DNA of 64,000 bases from Anthoceros angustus (Eukaryota > Plantae > Anthocerotophyta). Where the stretch lies: assembly GCA_010909165.1 (NCBI GenBank), contig VJWM01000144.1, positions 310,001 through 374,000 on the forward strand, written 5' to 3'. The number at the start of each line of letters is the position of its first letter. The first letter of the stretch is position 1. The notes beneath the pieces were generated by a model that saw only the letters and a program-made list of their open reading frames with translations, was not told where the DNA came from and did no database searches. Both the position numbers and the translations under genes were made by a program. Below are positions 48,779 to 60,971 of this stretch, piece after piece.

Positions 48779-50426
48779 CTACTGAAACAACACATAGAGG
48801 AGACCAAGAGCCAATGACAAGAAGATTGAAGAGGCAGCCTTGGTTCCACTGCCAGTGGCGGTCTTTTGGGCGTTGATGCTCTCCAAATCCTGGATGTTCT
48901 TGTAGAAGTTTCCAAGAAGGGCCTGGGTGGTTCCAGTGTATGCCACAGTCCTGGTTGCGTCTGCAGCGAAGAGGTGTCCCTCCTTGTTGTTTCCTGAGCA
49001 TACACGGGAGTAAATATTCCAGCGTTAGACAAAGATTCTGCATGCATGAATGGTTGTGCCCTGGGTGCAGGAAGCTCACCAGAGAAAAACAAGTTGATGA
49101 AGGCAGGGTCGGAGTTGGCTGCATTCATGACATTGTTGAACTCGTTGATCTCGAAGTCCGGATAGTCCTTGGCCACCAGAATGGCGTGGCCAGGGGCTTG
49201 GCCGAAGTTGCAAGACTTGTAGTTGCTGGGATCAGTGCACACCTGCCCGTTGTACTTGTTAGGGCACAGAATCTGATAGTTGGTTGCGTCCTGCAGGCCG
49301 GTCCAGTCGGCCGCTGCAGACCTTCCTCCCATGGCATACTGGCCTACTATGGTGTGCTTGGTGAAGGCCACATCGCAGGCATCCTCCACCAAACCCCTGA
49401 AAGCCCCCTCATAGTCGTAGTAGGGGTCAGACTTGGTGCAGGCGGTCTTGATCTTGCAAGCAGAACAGATCTCCTTGTTGGGATCGGAGTTGGCAGCACA
49501 GGATGCCTTGAAAAAGGCCTTCACAGACTCGATGTCGTTGGATTGAGGACCCCTGCCACAAAGCCGCGGCCATTAGCATCTGACTTCAGGAATCCATGTT
49601 CATGTCACCACACGTTTCTGGCAATTGCAAATCCTGAATTCATCTGCTTCGGAATGTGGAAGAGACATGAAGCTTACTTGGTGACTACGGGCATGATCTT
49701 GTTGTCGATAAGGTAAGTGACAGGGAACACCCATCCGGTGGCTCTGTTGTAGCCGGTGTGACAGGACCGCTTGCCCTTCAAGTCAGCCAGGCTTCCCGGG
49801 CACTTGCCTTTCTTCACGATTCCCACGCCGTAGTAGCTCCCCTCCAGTTGTGACACCTCTGTGCGGATAGGCTTCAGCCCGTACTCGTTGCTGGCTTCCC
49901 AGATCTCACCGCCGTCCAGAACCACGAACTTTGCCTCGCCGCTTTGGACCCTCTTCATGCAGTCTTCGTCTCCGGCCCCGACGATACTGCACAACCATGA
50001 ACATTATTCAATTCCAGCCATTATCTTATCCTCCATTTCCAATCTCCCTTCACCACGCTACAAACACGAAAACCAAAATCAAGACCGAAAAACGCACCAC
50101 GAGTGAACGTGCTCGTCCTCTGGATCAAGAGCTTGAAGAAGCTTGACCATCGCATCGCACGTTGGCTTGTCGCTTGTGTCCGTCACACACCAGGTCCACT
50201 CTGCTCACCAAAACAAGCAATTCGAAAATTTCAACGTCGTCCTTCACAACCTTCGCTCTTGAAATGACCTCCCTGCATCGACGTGCACAAACTTACTTTC
50301 ATCCTCCGGCTCGACTCCAGGCTCAGGAGCTTCACCCTCCTCCTCAGCCTTCACCACGCTTGTCCAGCTCACAAACAAAAGCAGGACCGAAAGGGCCAAG
50401 AGCAGGCTCCACACGTTCCGAGCCAT
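48779..50426 (-). CDS. Single-lobe transferrin-like protein with signal peptide and hydrophobic (GPI-like) C-terminus, copy 1
   Basis: Five exons. WTWCV, LDGGE, SYYGVGIVKK, KGKRSCHTGYNRATGW, YYDYEGAFRGL, DVAFTKH, YQILCP, CNFGQAPGHA; ends ..SLALGLLYVLFQ*. Confidence 0.9.
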
Positions 50427-51612
50427 GTTCCCGCTCACACAAAGAAAAAACCTGAATCTCTGCCTCACGCTTCTCAACACCAGCCTAGGCAAATCCAATG
50501 CAACAAAAAATCTGCCACTGCCAGAAACACATTTTCAGAAAATGATCGAACATCGTCATGCTCTGCATTGATCAGTAATACATCACCAGCACTGCAAATC
50601 CTCCTCTAAAATGCGCCACACCAAGAGATGCTCAACCAAAATTTCCACAAGCACGATTCTCCACCAAAGCAATGTGACGCAATGCAATGCAAAACTTGCA
50701 AGGCCAGGCCTGCATCAACCGATGCAAGTGAGCAAGCGTACCACAAAAAAACGGAGACGAAACCAAAACGCGCTTCCAGAAGCTTCCTGGAAGATGGAGA
50801 GATTTGAGAGTGGCGCAGGCGCTCCCCGACGCACCTGGATTCTCAGAAGGCCGGTGAAGTGCGAGTGGTTGCTGCCACGGCGCGGGCTGGCTTAAGTACG
50901 TTCTTCCGCCGTGTTGCCGCCATCCCACTTGCGCCGCGGATTGCGGCTCACATACCCGGTCCTCGTCCGGTAACTAACCGGTCGGTAGCGGGTTCCCCGA
51001 CACGGCCCGACTCGGCGGGGTGAGCCCGCCCGGATACAGCCCCTGACCGCCCTCCAGGCTGTAGCCCGGGCAAGCTGTATGTGCCGAATGTCAACGCCCA
51101 AGATCCGACGTGGCAGGTTAGGGCTGCCGTGGCGCCCAGGTGGCAACGATGCGCCTCGGGCACCGTGTGGTCGTGCGTGCCGGCGTGTGGGGCGGGCCGG
51201 GCTCTCGAGGTCGCCTCGTGTCCGACTCCGACTGTCCAGAATAGCAGGGTCAGCATCCCAAGTTCCCAACCCAACAGCCCCGGCAGTCGGGATTGGCGGC
51301 CCTTGTTTATCCAAGGGAATCACCAAATGTTTTCATGTATGGACGTAATACAAGATAAGATGCCCAACACTATAGGCCTTGGCATTGGGGGCATTGGGGG
51401 CATTGGGCCATATCCTACATGACGTTTACACATGCAGATATCATGGATTGCCTCGACTCTTTGAGTTGATTGAATGTACATGAACTTGCTTGCATTTAAA
51501 TAAGTATTTATGTAATAGTATATAAAAAAATTTATAACTCACTCTCTCATTCAACGCATTATTTATTAATAAGGTTGTTGATATATGTATTTTGAAGATC
51601 CTAGTATAATAG

Positions 51613-54600
51613 AGGGCAGACCGTGGCAGTGCCAGAGGACGAGGTGAGGGCAGAGGCGAGGGCCCGGCAGTCCCACCGCCGCAGGACCGGACGAAGGCAA
51701 GGCCCGACTCGTGGTAGGTGTACTGGAGGTAGGGTGGGCACACGGAGTCCAGCAGACGGCAGGTGTAGCCCCTGTTGCTCACCTGTGGGTGGGGCCCGTC
51801 AGGGTTCACGCCTGCACCCCCGAGTTGGCCTATGTGTTGTCATGTATGGGGAATTTTTTTTTTTTCCCAATTTTGTTCGGCCTTTTCTAGAATGTGGATT
51901 TCCCACCCCGCCTTTTGGGGTTGAGTTGTCTGGCGCTAGTTTGGTGGGTCGGCAAAGTGGTTCTGTTGCGTCTAGGCAGCTCTTGGCCGGCCTTTTGGGG
52001 TTCGCCATCACAGACTCACACTCCGTATGTCCGGTAAAGGCTGGGGTCATTTTGTCCCCGGTCCCCGGTACCTCCTCGGCCCTGTCGCCCTCCGACTGGC
52101 GTTTGCGGGTTCTTTTAGTACCCTTCCCAATGGGGCGGTCTACACCTCCTGTGACCGTTAAGGACACGGAGTGTCCTGTCTGTGCTCAACTCTACTGCGG
52201 TGTCAAGGGGGTGAAAACCCACATTGGGCACATGCATAAAGATTTCGACCAGACTACTTGGGCTGCCCAAGTGCACATTGCGACCTCCTCCGCCTGCAGC
52301 AGTGCTCCGGCCCAAGATCGCCCATCGTGGGGTACCTCTCTCTTCACAGGAATGGTTGCGGGGTCACCGGATCACATACTTGGGATGTTTGAAACCCGCT
52401 TTCCATGCCCACAGATCTTCCGCAGCTCCCGCCACCTTCATGATGATGCCCGCTTACGCCTGCCTTCCCTTGATCGCCTGCGCCGATCCCAAGGACGAGT
52501 TAGCTTGGTGCCTTCTCCTTCTTCTCCCGGTGGTGCCTTCTGTTCTAGAGGGGCCTGGGCACCGGAAGTTGCTAGCCCGCCTGGGCCGGGTGGATCGGGC
52601 ATCCCTCCGAGGAGGCTTTGCGTCGCCAAGGCTCCGGAACTGCATAGCTTGAACAGTCCCGGTAATGCAACCAACTCGCTGCTGTAAGCCGCTGTGCAGT
52701 ATGTCATACGCTGTGGCTCTTCGACCCTCCCTAGCCCCCGCCTCGAGGAGACCATTGTTGCCCTCCGTGCCTCCATCCAGCCTCCCAAGGATGCCATCCC
52801 CGGACATATCGACTCGTCCGGAGGATCCCTTCTCTGGACGGGCGGCTTTTGCTCGCTCTCTACGACCCCACGCCTTTCATCCGCCGTTGTCGTGAATGGT
52901 GTTTGAACACCTGTGGACCTTTTCTCCTCAAGATCCATCTAGCGGCTTCCCAGCTCTTTTCTCCGTCATGGTGGCTCGGTGAGACGCCCACCGGATTTCC
53001 CATGTTCTTGCGGCTAGCGGGCTTGTCGCTATGGACAAGCACAGCTTGCGTCGCCCACTCCACGGGCGAAGCCTTCATGCGACTACTCACCAAGACTATT
53101 GCCCTTCTGCCGCCTTTTCTTCAAGAAGACCTCAACCCCTTCAATTTGGCATTACACCGGGCCGTGAGTCCGTGGTGCTTGGAGTGAAGGCATGTTTTGA
53201 TACCCACCCGAGTGGGTGGTCTTACAGTTGATGTCGAGACGCCTTCAATACCATCTCTAGCGCCATCTTCGAGGAGCTTAGGGATGTCAAGGCGCTCGGG
53301 AGCCTTATACCTTTTGTCCGGTGCTTCTACGGAGGTCCTCCAACCTCTACTACCAAAGACAAGAACGCCTCTTCGTGGATTTGCCTCTGCCTTGAATCGC
53401 CACGTGTACTGTGCAAGGCGACCCCTAGGCGGTGCTCTCTTGCCATTGCTCACTATAGGGCCCTTTCTAGGGCCGCCTCCACTGACCGTGTCTCCTTCGG
53501 GCACGACCTCACATCCTCGGGCACAGGGACAAAGTTAAGGAGGCCTTTGAGCTCTTCTCTCATGAGCTTCTGGTGGGCTTGAAGGTCAAGCCGCCCAAGT
53601 GCCGTGTCTGGTCTCCGTCGGGATTCTACCTACTTTGCAATTTCCTGGGAGATTGCTCGGCTCTGCTGCAGTTCTAGGGGTCCCCTTGGTTCCCACTTCA
53701 TCGGGAGCTTCTGGACGGGCTCTGAGACCTCTCCCATGTCGAGGACCTCCTTTCTTTGGAGGATGCAGTGGCCTTTGGAATTCTTTCCTCTGTTTTGCTA
53801 GGCGCCTGTTACCTCATCCAGACGCCTCCGTCCCCGACACTTTTGTCCTACCGGCGGTTTGATAGGAAGATTATGGATACTCTCGGGGACATCACAGGCT
53901 CGGGGGCTTTTGAGTGCCCTATGGGCGTCGGCCCGGCAAGCGTCCTACATGCAATTTGGAGGCAGTGCTCTCGGGAGTCTCTTCCCGGCTTTCACAGGCG
54001 ATTGGGCCCTCTGCCTTTGGCTTCTCGGTTCATCCTCCATGAGGCCCTTTACGGAGGATCTCGTATCAGTGTGGAGGAGGGAACCTTCTCTCCAAAGCGT
54101 CCTTGAGGCAAGCTAGGGACATGTTATCGTGGATGCTCGGAAGGACTTCCTCCTTTCTCGACATTTATTGATGGTTTTAGGGGTTGCGAGCATCTGCTCG
54201 AGCGGCTCGGCGGCTTTCGATCGCCCTCCGGGACCCCTCCATCCCAGGTCCACAAGGCGGCTCGCTCTTGTTGCAGGAAGGCGCGGTGCTTGGCTATTGG
54301 CCGCCCATGCATACGGGTTTCACATCGCACCAACCACCTTCACTCTGCGATGCGATTAGTCAGGCTGCTCCGGCTGTGGCTTCGCTCCTTACTTGCGAGT
54401 GCGGCTCGCCCTCGATGATTAGGGTACACCTTGCTCGTTGTCCCACGGGTCATCGCATTGCCACTCACGGCGCCATCCAGCGATGTCATGTTCGCCGCTC
54501 GCGGCGGCTACATGGCATGGAGGCGGATGTATACTCTCCGTCGTTCGTTCAATTGCTGTACCTTGTCTGGCGACGAGGTTTCGGTGGAGATGTGGTGGTT

Positions 54601-55078
54601 ACCGATCCTACACGAGACACCATCTCGCTCGGTCATCACTTAACCGGTTGAGTTTCTGCCGGGCGGCTCTCAAGGTCCATAAATATTGCGGGATGCAAGC
54701 GGGCCACCTCTTTATTCGCTTGCACTAGAAGCGTATGGGGCAATGGTGAGGACTTTGACAAATTTGTCAAGTCCTGTACAAAGCTTACCATGCGTAGAAC
54801 GCAGTCTTGTGTCCCTCTCGTACTTCATACGCCCGACAGGTTTCAATTGCCCTTCAGCAGGCGCTCTCAGCGATCCTCCACAAGGCGGCGGTGGGTGGCG
54901 CATCTTCCTCTACCTCCGTGGTTTGCGGGCCGTTTATTCTTCCTGCATATGACATTGTGGATGCGTAGGTGACTTTAGGTAGGGAGCTTATTTGCTCCTC
55001 TTCACCTTGACCCCTGGTCCTCTTTGGTTGTCCCCTCATAGATGGGCTTTTTCCATCGTTTTTCACCTCAATAAAATA
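51613..55078 (+). mobile_element. Near full-length, degenerate CRE-like non-LTR retrotransposon (C2H2 finger, RT, restriction-like endonuclease)
   Basis: CPVCAQLYCGVKGVKTHIGHMH (~52172); RT pieces GEAFMRL, PLQFGI, QGDPLGGA (~53413); HL.RC..G.RIATH (~54426), DVVVTDPTR, LALEAYG. 5' boundary approximate. Confidence 0.75.
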
Positions 55079-55575
55079 TTTTCTCGTCCATGCTCCTCTA
55101 GTTTGTTAAATCAGAAAGTAGTCAAAGTAATGTCTTCCATCTTCTTTTCACTTCTCGTAGGTCTAACATATGCTTTATGTACACGTGGCACCAGTCCCGC
55201 GCTTCAAATATGTACAATTCAATGCGCTAAAAGTTTTATTGATAAAAGAATGAGACTTCGACAGAGATTGACACTACAAACAGGTGCATTGTAGACATCG
55301 AGAGGTTATCCTATTCCCTCTCAATATGCACCCACCGCTACAAACAGTGCTCACCAGCTATGCAGGCCACCTCAGACCTAGAAAATTTTATAAGAGTAGG
55401 CCCAAACACATTCCCAGGCCGCCGGAGGCTGATTGCCCACACAAATGGGGTGGAATGTGGAGGTGGCAGAGCCTAATAACTGTGGTTTGGGCTAAGGGAG
55501 GAGAAGGAATCCTCATTGCCGAGGAACCGAACACCGCGAGGACACTAATTCACTCATACCTGTAATAGAAATGTA

Positions 55576-57266
55576 CTACTGAAACAAAAGGTATAGGAGA
55601 CCGGCGATGAAAGTAAGAGTGGCAGAGAAGCCGATCCGTGTGCCACTGCCGGTGTTTACCTTCTGGGCGTTGATGCTTTGCAAGTCCTGAATGTTCTTGT
55701 AGAAGTTTCCAAGAAGAGCTTGGGTGGTTCCTGAATACGTGACAGTCCTTGTTGCGTCTGGGGCAAAAATGTGTCCCTCCTTGTTGTTCCCTGAGGAAAT
55801 GGATGAGTTCACCAAATTAGAAAATTGCTCCCATCCTCGCCTAGGGTGAGTAGCAACTGTCAGAAACTTGCATAGAGTACTTCGGCTTCAATAACTATCT
55901 TACCAGAAAAGAACAAGTTGATAAAGGCAGGGTCCGAGTTGGCTGCATTCATGATGTTGTTGAACTCGTTAATCTCGTAGTCCGGATAATCCTTGGCCAC
56001 CATGATGGCATGTCCAGGGGCTTGACCGAAGTTGCAAGCCTTGTAGTTGGCGACATCGGTACACAGTTTGCCATTGTACTTGTTAGGGCACAGAATCTGA
56101 TAATTGGTTGCATCCTGCAAGCCAGTCCAATCAGACGCTGCGGATTGGCCCCCCACCGCATACTGGCCCACTATGGTGTGCTTGGTGAAGGCAACATCAC
56201 AAGCATCCTCAACCAAACCCCTGAAGGCTCCCTCGTAGTCATAGTAAGGATCGGACTTGGTGCAGGCATTCTTGATCTTGCAAGCAGAACAGATTTCCTT
56301 GTTAGGATCTGAATTCGCAGCACAGGATGCCTTGAAAAAGGCTTTCACGGACTCGATGTCGTTGGATTGAGGACCCCTGTAAATGTCACACAGCAGGCTA
56401 TTAACACCAAGAAGCCAGGCATATGCATCTAGACTGTAACGAACACGGCAGAGTATAAACTTACGTGGTGACAACAGGCATGATCTTGTTATCGACAAGG
56501 TAGGTCACGGGAAACACCCATCCGGTAGCTCTGTTGTAGCCAGTGTGGCAGGACCGCTTTCCCCTTAGGTCGCTCAAACTTCCCGGGCACTTTCCTGCTT
56601 TCACAATCCCGACGCCGTAGTAGCTACCTTCCAATTCGGAAACCTCTGTGCGTATAGGCTTCAAGCCGTATTCACTATTAGCCTCCCAAATCTCTCCACC
56701 GTCCAAGATGACAAACTTAGCCTCGCCGCTTTGAACCTTCTTCATACAGTCTTCGTCTCCGTCTCCAACAATACTGCAGCACAGTCCGCAAAAAAGTTCG
56801 GCTATCACTTTCCTGCTCACAGATTTCGGCCAATAGCTTAAACACAAACAGTGAATCGCGTAAAGAACTCGAACCAATTGTGAGTATGCTCCTTCTCCGG
56901 ATCAAGGCCAGAAAGGATCTGAACCATCGCATCACAAGTCGGCTTGTCGCTAGCATCCGTCACACACCATGTCCAGACTGAACACACCACAGGCAAATAC
57001 ACAACCATCTGAGCGTCTCACATTGCATCCTCACACATCTAATACTTGTAAAATCACCACAAATTCCTGAAAAGAACAAAGCGCCCGAATTTTTGCTTAC
57101 TCTCATCCTCTGGCTCGACTCCAGGCTCAGGTGTCTTGTCGTCATCGTCATCAACCGGAGGAGCCGGAGTTTTAGGCGCCGGCGCAGGGGTCAGTGCTGA
57201 AATCCAGCTCACACACGTACACAAGACGAAGAGAAGATAGAGCAGGCCCTTCACGGAGAGAGCCAT
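55576..57266 (-). CDS. Single-lobe transferrin-like protein, copy 2
   Basis: Same exon layout and motifs as copy 1. MALSVKGLLYLLFVLCTCVSWISA signal peptide, Pro-rich linker, ends FIAGLLYLLFQ*. Confidence 0.9.
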
Positions 57267-58207
57267 AGCTACGCTCTCCACACCAGAACTGTTCAACGGG
57301 CAGCTTCCAGTCAGCCGCTTCCGTTCCACCAAAAATCTTGCTCAAGGCAACGCCGCAACAGACACAAATCCACAAAAAAACCTGAACCAATCCGCAACAA
57401 GTTCGATCAGCAGAAGACTCCAGCTCCAGCTCCCTGCTTCAAATGCACTGCAAGGCAACCAGCAACGCATGCAACGCAATGTCCTTCACGCTCCGCTGGC
57501 CGCATCGGCATTGCACCAACCTTATTACGCTCCTACGCAGCCGTACAAGCGCGCACCCTCCTCGAGCCGGGCCGGGCTTGCAGTCCTTCAAATGCGATGC
57601 AAATCCGGCAGGGGTGCGGAATTGGCAGGCCGGGAAGGAGGGCGCCGATCGGCCGGATCGTCGGCCCCTGGAGGCTGCGACTGTGCGACTGTCTCCTTAC
57701 GCTCGGTCGGGCTATATATTGGCAGGCTCGACGGGGCGTGCGCCGCGCTTCACGTCCCCGGAGCGGGTAGCTTAACCGGGAAGAGCGCCTGCCAGGCCCG
57801 ACACGGCCGACTTTGGCGGGGTGGACTCGGGCTGGATAGAACCACCCGCAGGCAGAACCGGCGCGCCGTCTAAAAAATCTTATCCCGGGTATCGCGTGTC
57901 GGGTGTCCGAGGTGGCGCTAATGGGCCGACATGGAGCCGACGTGGTGGGTGTGGCAGGCACCGAGCCGACGACGCAGCTCGGGGTAAGCGTGGGAGCTCG
58001 TGGGAGAGCGTGGGGAGGGCCTGGTTGAGTAGGTTCGGCTCGTGGATGCCCTGTGCCACGTGCACGCTCTGCCCTAGTGACGTGGCAGTGTTCGAGTCTG
58101 CGAGAGCGAAGGCGAGAGCGCGGGATTTGGCTCCTCGGCGGGTTTTCCTGCGTGCCTTCGTTTGCGGGAGTGCGTTGTGCAGGTTTGCAGACTGTTGTGG
58201 AAGGAGA

Positions 58208-58780
58208 GGAGCCGTCGCGCAAGATTTCGGTTCTCCAAGAGCCGTCGCGCAAGATTTCGGTTCTCCAGGAGCCGTCGCGCAAGATTTCGGTTCTCCAGGA
58301 GCCGTGGCGCAATCTTTGGCCTGTGTGATTTGCTTTGTTGCTGTGCAATTTTTTGGTGTTGTTTGCCGGATGCCTCCAGCTGGTGATTTGAACGCCTGCC
58401 AGCAACAGATGCGGCGGCTCGCCTTCGCAGGTGAAGGCGAGTCGCGGAATGTGCTGCTGGCAGCCGTTGTGTGCTGTGTTCTGGAGTATTGTGAAACGAG
58501 AGTAGCTGTTAGCGCAAGGTTCAGTTCTCCATTTGACACGTAATCTTTGCCTGCTTGCTTGTTCGCTGTGCAATTTTGGTGCTGTTCTGCAGGATGCGTC
58601 CAGCTGGTGATTTGAATGCTTTTAGATTTAGCAGGTGAAGGCGCATCGCGGAATCTGTTGCTCGCAGGTGTTCTCCTGTGCCGTGTTCTTCTTTTTCGCG
58701 AATTTTCTGTGCTGTGTTCTGTACTGTCCTGGAATGAGCGGAGCTGTTTCGGACGATTCAGTTCTCCATTTGGCAGCGAA
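58208..58780. repeat. 30-bp triple repeat (58208-58315) followed by a diverged ~230-bp tandem duplication
   Basis: gagccgtcgcgcaagatttcggttctcca x3; gctgtgcaatt..ccagctggtgatttgaa..ttcagttctccatttg x2. Confidence 0.8.
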
Positions 58781-59837
58781 ATCTTTTGTTTGAATGATTT
58801 GCTTTGTCCCTGTGCAACGTTGGTGCTGCCCTGCCGAGTGCCTCCCGGCTCGAGCAGGTCATTTTAATGCTCTTTGGTTCCTCTCTGATGTCTAGAAAGT
58901 GGTTCTTGCTCTGTTATCACTTATTCTACACCTGCTATCTCCTTGCTGCTGTAAAGCGTCCTGTTTGCAGAACTTTTCTAGAGGACAAGACGTAGAATCC
59001 TTCGTCCTTGCAAAAGGATTTCAATGCAGAACCTTGTGAAACATTTCTTTTTGGCTGAAGACCTTGGACGTCGGACTCTGAAAGCAATTTGTCGGACGGG
59101 TGAGCTCGGTCATCGTGGACTGATCTCTTCAAACTAACCCGTGCACACTTCCCGACCTGCACACTGTCGTACAAAGATGTACATAGTATTAGGGATGTTT
59201 TGCGTTCCTCGGGACAGGATAACGCGCAGGAAGGCGTAATACACCGGCAAAGGTCGCTCTTGCCTGGACACCTGGCTGAGTGCGGAGTTTGAGGCAGGCG
59301 TCCAATGGGGAGTTTGATCCGTACGTTTGTGCAGACATACGGCTAACGACCACGAGCTTTGCAAGGCTTGCGGCTTGTGAAATCGCAAGAATAAGGAGGA
59401 AATGTAAGGATATTTGTCCACCTGGGTCGTCTACCGGTCATGGAATAGAGTCGAGTACCCACCAATCCGTTTCCGTTTTCGGATTATGCACCTACAGCAA
59501 TATTGTAGTATATAATAGCTATTTGGCTTCAAATAGTATATAAGATACATATCTGGCCTCAAACAGGTACTATCTCTCTGTCTTTGAAATAGCATCTGTT
59601 TGTCTCCCTGGGCTAGCATGTGTCTGATGGCCGACCGTTTCAAGAGCTTTGCTCAAGATTGGCTACGGCTTCACACATTCCATTTCCCTTCCTCTTCCCC
59701 CTTCCCAACAGTCAGGTAACACCGGTTCAGAACCTAGGAATGGAAATGGCTTTGAAGTGTCTTCCTGAGCGCGGCTCCTATGGCAGACAGACATTGAAGC
59801 AAAGGAGCACAGAGACACAATTCCTGTCCGACACTCT

Positions 59838-60515
59838 ATGGGAAACAGCAGGATGTCCATGGAGCGGGAAGTGAGCATTGAAGAGAAGGAAGTGAGACAA
59901 CGCTCAATGCAGTCAGGCCCTCGAAAGGCCTCGCAATTTCTTCTTCTCGAGCGTGCCCGAGCCATATGCAGCTTCTGTCACTTGACATTGTGTGTGCTGG
60001 GACTTCTTATTGCCTCCAGCCTGTTCTGTGCAGCGACTCTTCGTCTCATCGCAGAATTGCAAGGCAGTACAGCCGACTACAGAAGACTGAAGCTGGCCTG
60101 GATTGTCGCAGCAGGGGCTCTGTGGCCACTGGTAGCAGGCAACTTTGGTGGCGATGGCTGGATCCCCGTTTTGGACTCAAAATGGGCCAACACCTTCGAC
60201 ATGTTGTCGATACTGGGCTCAATCTTTGCCCTGGTTTGGGGTCTCTGCATCATGGTGCTCTATCCCGAGATCCTCCTGGCAGAACTAAGAGTGAAGGAAC
60301 GGGCCAGCAACTACGACTCTGCCGATTTTGTGCTCGATCTTGGGAAGGTGTGCTTCGTGTTCATGATCTTTCTGGAACTGGTCCTCGTAGGGCTGAGGTG
60401 GTGGTTTAGTGATATGTGTGGAAGTCCGGCCAGGAAGAGCGTCAAACATGGCAGCTCAGATGCTTCGGGGGCCAGCGAGGATGAGGATGTTCGGTACTTC
60501 ACCGAAGACCTCTGA
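59838..60515 (+). CDS. Intronless hypothetical membrane protein (~4 hydrophobic segments, acidic C-tail)
   Basis: 225-aa open frame with four long hydrophobic runs. No family recognised. Confidence 0.55.
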   Translation: MGNSRMSMEREVSIEEKEVRQRSMQSGPRKASQFLLLERARAICSFCHLTLCVLGLLIASSLFCAATLRLIAELQGSTADYRRLKLAWIVAAGALWPLVAGNFGGDGWIPVLDSKWANTFDMLSILGSIFALVWGLCIMVLYPEILLAELRVKERASNYDSADFVLDLGKVCFVFMIFLELVLVGLRWWFSDMCGSPARKSVKHGSSDASGASEDEDVRYFTEDL

Positions 60516-60971
60516 TGTATCCCTTCATTTTTTCACAATAAAGGTAGCATGCCTCTGCAGCAAAAATGTCGCTTTTCCCGTTTCCCCTTCACAACATGGA
60601 TTCTAAGAAACTAGGAACGAAGTTTTTGTGAGAACAGACATTGAGTCAGTCTCACATTTAGGCGCTGGACGGCACCGGCACCGCATTGTCGATTGCTCAT
60701 CGTCTCCCTTGTCAGGGGAGAAGAAGTAGTCTTCACAACGGCCTGGCTGCTCTTTCCCCACCTCTGCCTCTTCCCCGACGCACCCTCGGATGACAAGATC
60801 CGGAACAAGGTCTGGAGGTGGGTGAGTTCTTGGCAACCTCGTAGGCATCTAGGTTTTCGAGCATTGTCTTCCCAAGGAAGCATGGAATATAGCAACAAGT
60901 TAGTCTTTACTTCTTGCAACTGGATGCGCACGTATTGGGACTTGGTTGATGTGCAGATATCAGGACTTGCT

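Noticed and set aside
57440-57500. CATGC/TGCA motifs as iron-deficiency elements upstream of the transferrins
   Set aside because: Motifs are too short to distinguish from background without data.
57533-58573. Overlapping 219-346-aa ORFs on both strands
   Set aside because: GC-rich, repeat-containing DNA poor in stop codons; no recognisable domain.
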